From positions 1 to 33,914 of IMG/VR virus record IMGVR_UViG_3300027771_000002: a stretch of DNA of 33,914 nucleotides, one strand, 5' to 3'. The translations under genes were made by a program, and so were the position numbers. This document shows, in pieces, positions 26,292 through 33,914 of the stretch. Position 1 is the stretch's first letter. Each line of letters opens with the position of its first letter. The DNA comes from a virus. Its lineage: Duplodnaviria; Caudoviricetes. The notes under the pieces are model-generated. The model saw only the letters and a program-made list of their open reading frames with translations. It ran no database searches and was not told the origin of the DNA.

Positions 26292-28369
26292 AACCTACCA
26301 CCAGTGACTGCCTGGGCAGGTGAATCTTGTGGGTATCTAGGGATCGCCTGGGCCTGTTTAACGCCCTGAACGTCAACAGAGGTTTGGTACTTACCGTATA
26401 TCTCAGCGGCCTTTACAAGTAAATCCTGATCCATTTGATCGCGCACCCGGTCATCCTGGGCAATCGCCTTTTGAGCATCAATTTGTAATCGAGCCATATC
26501 ACTTTGTGACTTAGCTTGTGCCTTCATTTGCTCGGCTTGGAGGTAAGCGGCTGCTTGATCCATTGGAGGTTCTTGCGTCTGGGCCTGTTGCTGCATTTGC
26601 AATTCTTGCTCGGCAGACATTGGCTTAAAGTATCTGTCTATATTTCTTAATCCACCCATTGCCAGCATATCCGCTAGGGTGTTTCGGATTTCAGTCATAC
26701 CAACCAAGCCATTTGCTACTCCGTAACTACTGAATATCTGGACCTGCATTTCAAGCGCCTTGGTCAGTGCGGCTAGTCGCTCACCTTCTTTGCCCGTACC
26801 CAAGCCTACGTTGACAGTAACGTCCATTTCCTTATTCCATGACCGAGGATCAACAGGCATAAAATCATTACCTGCAATCGCCATCATTTCTTTCTTGTCA
26901 CAGTTCTCTATAGTCAGCTTTAACATAAGCTTGAAAAGCTGGGTTACGCCGCCCTCTGCCAGGTTCCTTGCCATTACCTCGATTTGCGTTGCAGCGCCCT
27001 GAATGGTTGCGTTAACCGCTGTGGCTGTTGTCCCGGTTAAGGCGTTAGGGTCTAGTCCTGAACTAGCTGCAGATACGCCTGTTTTTTGGTCTATCTGGTC
27101 ATCAAAATACGCAACCGCTGCGAGGGTCTGACCTGCAACAAATGGAACTGTTAACTGGTTAATTGCGCCCTGCTGTTTGGTCCTGACTACCCCGCCGATT
27201 TCGTTATTTAGGAAGTCATCAATATTGACCTGACCCTCAACAATCTCAGTTCGCGGGTTATTTGTTAACGCGACATTATCCAAAACACCGCGCAACATTG
27301 CTGTCGCTGCGTCCTGCTCTGCAAACAGAATATCTGCAAGAGAATTACCTACCCAGGTGTGCGGCTCCGGGTCGTGCTGGAACATTGCAAACGGCAAATC
27401 ACCCCACGGCTCGTAATCAAGTAGCTCATCACTACCCCCGCCAAGGAGAATCTTATGCATTGTTGGGTCGCCCGTACCGTCTACGTCAATTTTCATGTAG
27501 ACCTCAGACACAACAACCTTTCTCATGCTTGGATCGAGCATCTGCTCTTCGTTTTCAAAAGAAAAGTTCTGGCGCTCAAATCGTTCTTCATCCGCAAAGT
27601 TATCGGTATCAGACGAGGTTAATTCAGAGACTGTTTCAAAGTCATAGCCCATTGCGACTAGCTCGCCAACGCGCATATCACGCTTGTGAACTACGCAATA
27701 AGCATCGTCAATTGAGGTGGCTTCAGAGCTAACAAAAAACTCTTCTGGGGGCAGGCTTTCAATGACGAGATCGCCGTACTCTTCGGTTACTGATATCTTT
27801 ACATCGTGCTGGGTCTGCTCAATTTCCATGCCCATTTCATCAACTACGATGCTGACGTTTTGGGTGTGCGAAATAACCTCTACGGACGGGTCGTTAACAA
27901 TTAAACTAAACTCCATGTCGGGCAGGTCTTGGTGATCGTAGGTTTCGCTTTTCTTTTCAATATTCCAGTAGCATTTAACAACGCCGCATTTCTTTAACAG
28001 CGAGTCACTAAAGGCATCTTGCAGCACCCGATAGCCGCCTAATTGGTTGAACTTGTAGTTCACATACTTGGTAGCTTGTTCACTAAACTGGGCATCTTCT
28101 GGCCCCATCGGGGCAAACTCAACAGGCTTGTCTGTGGATAAAAACACCCGCATAAGACTTGGCTTAATAGCGCGTATCTTGTCCCTAATCTTGGTGGCTA
28201 CAACCTTTGATCGACCATCCTCTTCACCGATATCAACCCGGCCATCGTAGTAGCGTTGTGCTTTAAGTCGGTCAGAGACTATCTGAGAATTAACAAAATC
28301 CTCGGCACTATCCACGGCATCTGACGCAATACTTTTAATGTCATCGTCACTTAGCTTTTTGAGTTCCAT
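26288..28369 (-). CDS. portal protein (P22-like, with C-terminal barrel coiled coil)
   Basis: About 693 aa; RYYDG...GRSKVV...PSLMRVF, PPEEFFV, LDNVALTNNPR; Gln-rich C-terminus. The start could alternatively be 28384. Confidence 0.9.
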   Translation of the reverse strand: MELKKLSDDDIKSIASDAVDSAEDFVNSQIVSDRLKAQRYYDGRVDIGEEDGRSKVVATKIRDKIRAIKPSLMRVFLSTDKPVEFAPMGPEDAQFSEQATKYVNYKFNQLGGYRVLQDAFSDSLLKKCGVVKCYWNIEKKSETYDHQDLPDMEFSLIVNDPSVEVISHTQNVSIVVDEMGMEIEQTQHDVKISVTEEYGDLVIESLPPEEFFVSSEATSIDDAYCVVHKRDMRVGELVAMGYDFETVSELTSSDTDNFADEERFERQNFSFENEEQMLDPSMRKVVVSEVYMKIDVDGTGDPTMHKILLGGGSDELLDYEPWGDLPFAMFQHDPEPHTWVGNSLADILFAEQDAATAMLRGVLDNVALTNNPRTEIVEGQVNIDDFLNNEIGGVVRTKQQGAINQLTVPFVAGQTLAAVAYFDDQIDQKTGVSAASSGLDPNALTGTTATAVNATIQGAATQIEVMARNLAEGGVTQLFKLMLKLTIENCDKKEMMAIAGNDFMPVDPRSWNKEMDVTVNVGLGTGKEGERLAALTKALEMQVQIFSSYGVANGLVGMTEIRNTLADMLAMGGLRNIDRYFKPMSAEQELQMQQQAQTQEPPMDQAAAYLQAEQMKAQAKSQSDMARLQIDAQKAIAQDDRVRDQMDQDLLVKAAEIYGKYQTSVDVQGVKQAQAIPRYPQDSPAQAVTGGRF

Positions 28370-28387
28370 ATTTATTTTTTCCACGAG

Positions 28388-28409
28388 AAAAACCGCCAGT
28401 TAAGGCGGT
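28388..28409 (-). terminator. intrinsic terminator between ejection genes and portal
   Basis: ACCGCC-TTAACT-GGCGGT followed by TTTT. Confidence 0.7.
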
Positions 28410-28430
28410 ATAAGTATTGAGTAGGGTTAT

Positions 28431-30530
28431 TTAGTACAGGGCTTGGGCTGGATCAGCCTCAACGGTTTGTTGCCTTGCTCCTTGCGTAACGCCTTCTGAG
28501 AAACCTTTGGAAGCTCTATTAGCAAGTTCATAGGTATTCTTGACAAAAGCAGCTTGCGCCGGAGACAGTTTCGCACCTTCGCGAACCTTGTCCATTAACC
28601 TTAGTGCTTCCTGGGCTTCACGGCCACGAGACTGCGTTAATACTCTTGCCACTTCGGACAATATTTCATCTTTTTTGTCCGTCAGCGCGTCAGGCGTTTG
28701 CTGAGTAATTAGTTGGACAAGCTTTTTGGGTATATCTGTCAGTTCGCCTCGCGCTGCCGTCATAATAACGCCAGGCGCAAGGATATCGTCAATGGTGTCA
28801 TTTAACTGCTTTCTAACGGCTGTTTTGGAGTTGCCTGACAGCCCATTAAGTAATTGCAATCCAGAAGTCACCTCGTCCAAGCTTTGAAATAATACTGCCG
28901 CCTGGTCTTCACCTAGTATAAGACTCAATTTTTTACGATTTGCTTTAGTCGATAAAACCCTCAACAGCTTGCGTGACTCTTCAAAGGTTGCACCAGATTT
29001 GTCATCTGCTACGCCACCAATATTTTTCTTGGTCTGATCAAGTATTGACTCTATTTGACTCCTAGCGCCTAGCCTAACAGCCTTCATGTCAGCATCTGTC
29101 GCGTTGTTTACAGCGTCCAACAATGTGTCAAATGTAACATTATCGTTTAAAAACTTACCGCCTAACTTCATTACTTCGGTTTCTACTATTTTCTCTTGCC
29201 CTAGTTTGATCGCGACACCATATTCAGGTACTGCTTTAATGCCTGCGTTTCTAAGCTTTTCTGAAAACTTTTTATATCCAAGATCGGCGGTGCGCTCATA
29301 GGTTTCCTGAAGTGCTTGTTTTAAATAATCTAACTGAATAACATTAGGCATTTCAACGACTTTAAACGTGCCGTCAGCTAGTTCTTGTGCCATAAACTGC
29401 ATATTTTTTTTACCATCAGCAGCCATATTTAAATTGGCACTTTGTATCGCTTTTCTAAATTCTCTTGGCGCATTTTTAGCCAAATCACTCATAATTTCTT
29501 CAATTTCCATCCCTGCGTCAGACGCATAATCTATGGGTCGGCTATACGCCAGCTTGTACGCTTCTTCCCTGCCAGCAGCAGTTCTTTGTGCAACGGCATC
29601 AACGGCAGTTTGCATTCCTAATGGCGGCTCACCAAGGACTTCATCCATAAGCGGGCGTAATGTTTCAGCTTGACTGCTTGCTCTTGTTTCAGCAGCATCG
29701 CTAATGATCTGCCCAGCATTTGGAGTGCCAGAGTTTTGTATCGCATCACCTAGCGCAGCAATAGACTTATCAGCGTCAATGATCATACCGTCATCGCCAG
29801 CCTTGTTTAGCGCCGTGGTCATTTGCTGAAGATTCATGTTTTGCACAAGCATGGTATAAATTACGGCTGCAGCACCTGATGAGATATTTAACTGGTTTTG
29901 GAGCGCCGTGATACCTTTGCCTTTACGGGTCATAGATTCGATAAGATTGCCGCCATACTTCTTAATGACGCCACCTGCAGCGCCCATTGCCCTTTCAAGC
30001 GGCACTCCGATTACAGTGCCGTACACGCCGCCTTTAGCGGTGTCTGTCGCAAGACCTGCAATATCACCTTCTGTTAAGTCTGCCTCTGACTCACCAACGG
30101 CTGCTCTTGCGCCCTGTAACGAATTTCTTTTAATGACGCCCATTGCGCCCTCAACGAGAGGAGCAGGATTTCGTCTAACTAATGATGTAATAATGCCCTG
30201 CGTTATCGCGCCTAGCATTTCTCCAGAGAAAGCTGTTTTTGGGTTTTGCTTACTGTAGGCTTTTAACCCTTCTCTTACCTTATCCCTAGCCTGCTGATAC
30301 GTTTGTGGGTTACCTGTAATCGCGTCTGGCAGATTACTCATTACAAACCCTTCTGCCTCGTCCGAAGTGTAATCAGTAAGCCCTTGCGCGAAAGCCCGTC
30401 CAAAGCCTGATTCAACAGGTGCAGCTGTTTCACCCTGCTCCCTTTTTAACTTTGCTGTTTTCCAAGGTTGACCGTTTTCTTGCGCTTCTCTTTCTCTTTT
30501 AGCTGTATTCCAAGGCTGCTGGTTTTCCAT
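28431..30530 (-). CDS. large helical internal virion/DNA ejection protein
   Basis: 699 aa, Ala/Gly-rich N-terminal third (RAFAQGLT...DEAEG), SGNSKTA.R motif; last gene of the ejection cluster. Confidence 0.6.
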   Translation of the reverse strand: MENQQPWNTAKREREAQENGQPWKTAKLKREQGETAAPVESGFGRAFAQGLTDYTSDEAEGFVMSNLPDAITGNPQTYQQARDKVREGLKAYSKQNPKTAFSGEMLGAITQGIITSLVRRNPAPLVEGAMGVIKRNSLQGARAAVGESEADLTEGDIAGLATDTAKGGVYGTVIGVPLERAMGAAGGVIKKYGGNLIESMTRKGKGITALQNQLNISSGAAAVIYTMLVQNMNLQQMTTALNKAGDDGMIIDADKSIAALGDAIQNSGTPNAGQIISDAAETRASSQAETLRPLMDEVLGEPPLGMQTAVDAVAQRTAAGREEAYKLAYSRPIDYASDAGMEIEEIMSDLAKNAPREFRKAIQSANLNMAADGKKNMQFMAQELADGTFKVVEMPNVIQLDYLKQALQETYERTADLGYKKFSEKLRNAGIKAVPEYGVAIKLGQEKIVETEVMKLGGKFLNDNVTFDTLLDAVNNATDADMKAVRLGARSQIESILDQTKKNIGGVADDKSGATFEESRKLLRVLSTKANRKKLSLILGEDQAAVLFQSLDEVTSGLQLLNGLSGNSKTAVRKQLNDTIDDILAPGVIMTAARGELTDIPKKLVQLITQQTPDALTDKKDEILSEVARVLTQSRGREAQEALRLMDKVREGAKLSPAQAAFVKNTYELANRASKGFSEGVTQGARQQTVEADPAQALY

Positions 30531-30531
30531 A

Positions 30532-31746
30532 TCAAATACCTACCTTTTCCCACGACGATTCTTTTTCGATATTACCACCTATATACCGATGCCCTTCCTT
30601 AATATCGCCTAAGTTCATTTCTTGAAGCGCCGTATAAAAGTCCGAAATATTAGGCTTCGGTCCTTTGTAGCCTCTAAGGGTATAGTTTTTGTCAAAGTAA
30701 TCAGCCATTGCCTGACGTTGTTGCCTAGAAATTTCCATCTGCTGATAAAGTTTTCTCAGTCGCCTTGCGTTATCGGCTGCAGACAGTGTTGGGTTGTAGG
30801 CTCTCGAAATTAACTGCTCGCCTTCTTTCTGTGCAAACTGCGATCCTAAAATAACTCTCAGATTTCTTTGAACAACTTCTTGAACCATCTCTTTGGCGTT
30901 TTCGGCGTCTGGGTTAACTAGCCCTAATAACCCAACACCATTAAGCATCCCAATTAATGGGCCTGTTAGCTCTTCACCCGCCTCTAACCTTTGCAGTACA
31001 GTATCTATCTGTGCCACGTTAGCCGACATATCTGCGCCACCGCCTCTAGTCCACTCCAGATGTTCAGTTGCATAAGCCTTATCAAGCTGCTCTAAACCTG
31101 GCGGTAATTTAGACGCAGCATTATTATTAACAGTTGTACCACCACCGCCAATCTTGCTTATTTTTGTACCATCACGGCCTTCAGTTACGTTATACATGGC
31201 TTGTGGGTCGTAAGCTCCACCACCTGGGCTATTTAACTCAGCACCTGACTTTTGGGAAATTATATCCCTGCCTTTCATTTTTTCTGAGGCGTATACTTTA
31301 AATATTTCCATATAAGCATTTGGGTTAGCTTGTATAGCCTTTAATGCAGCCGCCGCCAATGGGTCAGTTGCTGCTTGCTTTTGCAGCGCGGCAATCGTTG
31401 CGTTAGCATCTAGGCCGTCAAGCCGTCTGGTTTCGCCCATCTTAATGGTGTCAGCAGCAGACGCCGCTATCCCAGCATCAGGGTTTAAACGCATAGAGTT
31501 AAAGCCCATCTGTAACTTAGCCATCCTGACCGGGTCGGCTCTAAGGTTCTGAAAGCCTGTACCGATACGCGACAGTAAGCCTGGCTCTATGTCGTTGTAT
31601 GATTCTTGGCTCATTGGCATACGATTGGCAACCGAAGTCGGGTCTTCTCGTACCATTGCACCTTGAGCTACTGGCATTGCAATCGCTGACATATTTGCTT
31701 TATTTGCCTGCTGCTGCTTTAAAAGTTCTAATTCTGCTGGTGTCAT
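30532..31746 (-). CDS. putative internal virion/DNA ejection protein
   Basis: 404 aa, helical, with GGGGTTVNN and LRVILGSQFAQKEG; located in the ejection cluster. Confidence 0.55.
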   Translation of the reverse strand: MTPAELELLKQQQANKANMSAIAMPVAQGAMVREDPTSVANRMPMSQESYNDIEPGLLSRIGTGFQNLRADPVRMAKLQMGFNSMRLNPDAGIAASAADTIKMGETRRLDGLDANATIAALQKQAATDPLAAAALKAIQANPNAYMEIFKVYASEKMKGRDIISQKSGAELNSPGGGAYDPQAMYNVTEGRDGTKISKIGGGGTTVNNNAASKLPPGLEQLDKAYATEHLEWTRGGGADMSANVAQIDTVLQRLEAGEELTGPLIGMLNGVGLLGLVNPDAENAKEMVQEVVQRNLRVILGSQFAQKEGEQLISRAYNPTLSAADNARRLRKLYQQMEISRQQRQAMADYFDKNYTLRGYKGPKPNISDFYTALQEMNLGDIKEGHRYIGGNIEKESSWEKVGI

Positions 31747-31747
31747 A

Positions 31748-32131
31748 TTATCGTCCTAATGCTTTTGCGATCATTGCTCTAAGAGCCGACGAGCCACTTT
31801 TATCGTCCTCTTCTTTTTTTCCAAATTGATTTACTAGCCCTTGCCCGTAAGCCGCCATCGGAATACTGCTGGCTTGCAATAATCCACCGCCGCGCTGTAC
31901 TGGGTCTATGACTGGCGAAACAAAACCTGATCCGCTATAACCTTCCGCACCTTGACCCATGCGCGCAAGATACGGCTGCATTTGCTCAAAGAAAGTCGGA
32001 GGCACAGCAGGTTCGGGTAAGTTAAGTCCTGCACTTGCTATCGGGGCAGCTTGTTCAGCGTTATTTATTAGCAGCTTTTCTATTGCTAATTTTTTTAACT
32101 TTTCTTCTGCGTCTTCGTTTGGATCGTACAT
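31748..32131 (-). CDS. hypothetical protein in the ejection cluster
   Basis: 127-aa ORF tightly packed with its neighbours. Confidence 0.6.
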   Translation of the reverse strand: MYDPNEDAEEKLKKLAIEKLLINNAEQAAPIASAGLNLPEPAVPPTFFEQMQPYLARMGQGAEGYSGSGFVSPVIDPVQRGGGLLQASSIPMAAYGQGLVNQFGKKEEDDKSGSSALRAMIAKALGR

Positions 32132-32135
32132 ATCA

Positions 32136-33914
32136 CTATCCTTTCTTCATTCCCGCGCCAAGCGTCAAGTAATCAAATAACCCTGGCGTCTTGCTTGTGT
32201 TAGTTGTTTGTGGAACTGGCGAGGCACCTAGCGCCTGCGACAACAACCCAATACTGTCATATGGCGAGCTTTGATATTGGCTGTACTGGTTCCGCGCTGC
32301 ATCAATTAATAGCTGATTAATGCCCTGTTTCATTGCGCCGTCTTGTGCCAAGTTACCTGTTAATTGCTGACCCATACCAAAACCAAGGTTACTGAGATCA
32401 CCAAGCTGCCTACCTGCTGCCAGCCTTTGCTGTGATCCTGAGAGCCCTGCTGCCTGATTAGCCAGTTGTGCGTTTTGATTTTGCGTTGCGTTAAACTGAT
32501 TAGCTTGATTGAAGGATGATTGGTTAGCTAGACCCGCAGTGTTCTTTGCTTGCGCTCCAAACTGTCGCGCTTGATTGAGTGAGGCTTGATTAGCAAGAGC
32601 CGAGTTATTTGCTGCTTGTGCGCCAAACTGATTCGCCTGATTAAATGCCGCCTGGTTAGCTAAGTTGGCGGTGTTGCCAGCTTGAGCGCCAAACTGATTA
32701 GCCGCTTGCTGCTGTGCGGAGTATTGCTGTGCAGCTTGATTAAATGCTGACGCGCCAAACTCATTGGCACGATTTGCTGCAGCGGCATTTGTCAGTCCTG
32801 CTGTGTTAGCGGCTGACGCGCCAAATTGACTTGCTGCATTATTAGCACCTTGATTAGCGAGACTAGCCTGCAGGGTACTTTGCAGATCGGTAAGACCCAT
32901 TTGCTGTGCATTGTTAAATCCAGCTTGGCGCAGCGCAGAGGTTGTTTTAGCGGCTTGATCGTAATAGTTCCGGTTGTTCTCCGACTCGCGTAAAGCATGT
33001 CGAGAGCCACCAAAAGCGCCTGCTGCGGTAGCATTCGCGCCACTACTTTGCTGTTGCATTTGCCTGGCCCGGTCCATATCGCCCAGGGTGTTATCAATCA
33101 CCTGGCTATCATACTGATTCATATACCGCGACAGATCAGAATCGCCAATTTGACCAGCTTGCACGTTGTTCGCGCCATAGCCCGTTGATCCAGCGTTTGT
33201 CGACCCGTATCCGGTTGATCCTACATTCGCAGCATTGAAACCTTGCCCAGACGCTTGTGCAGCATCATAGCCTTGGCCTGTTGAGCCTGCAGCTTGATAA
33301 CCATTGCCTGACACTTGTGAGGCTCCATAGCCTGACGGCGAGATGTTATTCGGCTGGTAATTCATTTCACTGCCAGCACCCGCAATGGATTGGTTTATCC
33401 CATCCGCTGCAGTTTGATTGATATTTGGCTGTCTTGGGGCTGCAGCAATACTTGGTGGGGGCGGTGGAGTTGGAGTTGGAGTTGGATCAAACCCTGGATT
33501 CGCATAAGGAGGTATCGCACCTGGTTCGCTAGGCTGTATATCAATACCTGAAACTGGAGGTACATTACCGCCTCCTTTACCACCTGATGCTGGCGTGGCG
33601 GCAGGAATACTTGGTGGGGGCGTTGGAGTAAGCGGAATGTAGGGCAAACCTCCTGTAGGATCAACTGCGCCATCAATTAAATCTTCAACATTTGAATTCG
33701 CATTAAAAGGTATCGCACCTTTTTCGCTAGGAGGTACATTACCGCTACCTGCTGGACCGCCAAAACTTTGGGCCAATGAAGGAATGGCTTGGTGTTGGTA
33801 AAACTGGGTCGGGTTATTGAATTCCTCTATTTCAGCAGCCGTTGGCTGTCGCATAGGCGCAGTAGGAGTATTTGCGGCTACTTCGTTAGCTTTTTGAAAA
33901 TACTGGGTTATACC
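32136..33914 (-). CDS. 3' part of the 682-aa putative ejection protein starting at position 397
   Basis: YMNQYDSQVID...AGAFGGSR...LRQAGFNNA motifs typical of podoviral DNA-transfer proteins; the frame stays open to the window end. Confidence 0.8.
   Translation of the reverse strand, partial: GITQYFQKANEVAANTPTAPMRQPTAAEIEEFNNPTQFYQHQAIPSLAQSFGGPAGSGNVPPSEKGAIPFNANSNVEDLIDGAVDPTGGLPYIPLTPTPPPSIPAATPASGGKGGGNVPPVSGIDIQPSEPGAIPPYANPGFDPTPTPTPPPPPSIAAAPRQPNINQTAADGINQSIAGAGSEMNYQPNNISPSGYGASQVSGNGYQAAGSTGQGYDAAQASGQGFNAANVGSTGYGSTNAGSTGYGANNVQAGQIGDSDLSRYMNQYDSQVIDNTLGDMDRARQMQQQSSGANATAAGAFGGSRHALRESENNRNYYDQAAKTTSALRQAGFNNAQQMGLTDLQSTLQASLANQGANNAASQFGASAANTAGLTNAAAANRANEFGASAFNQAAQQYSAQQQAANQFGAQAGNTANLANQAAFNQANQFGAQAANNSALANQASLNQARQFGAQAKNTAGLANQSSFNQANQFNATQNQNAQLANQAAGLSGSQQRLAAGRQLGDLSNLGFGMGQQLTGNLAQDGAMKQGINQLLIDAARNQYSQYQSSPYDSIGLLSQALGASPVPQTTNTSKTPGLFDYLTLGAGMKKG
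33788..33914. repeat. 127-bp terminal direct repeat (copy 2)
   Basis: Identical to 1-127. Confidence 0.95.

Overview
The window looks like a complete, circularly assembled temperate tailed-phage genome. Positions 1-127 repeat exactly at 33788-33914, so the unit length is about 33,787 bp, and one structural gene runs across the join. The virion module is podovirus-like: P22-type portal, scaffold, capsid, adaptor, nozzle, tail fibre with S74 chaperone, and DNA-ejection proteins, with no tape measure or sheath. The control region is lambdoid: cI/cro switch, O/P-like replication genes with iterons, ninB/ninG, Q, ERF plus YqaJ recombination, xis/int, and an attP carrying the 3' end of a tRNA-His. 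The host is probably a Gammaproteobacterium (inference). The standout signal is the major capsid gene, which is split by two closely related, ORF-less group I introns (254 and 256 nt) around an 89-nt middle exon. Removing both at canonical U|...G| splice sites restores one 318-codon reading frame. Other notable features are a tandem ADP-ribosyltransferase-like protein directly after the terminase, and a divergent accessory operon with a duplicated 28-nt hairpin. All calls come from reading motifs by eye; no database search was run.
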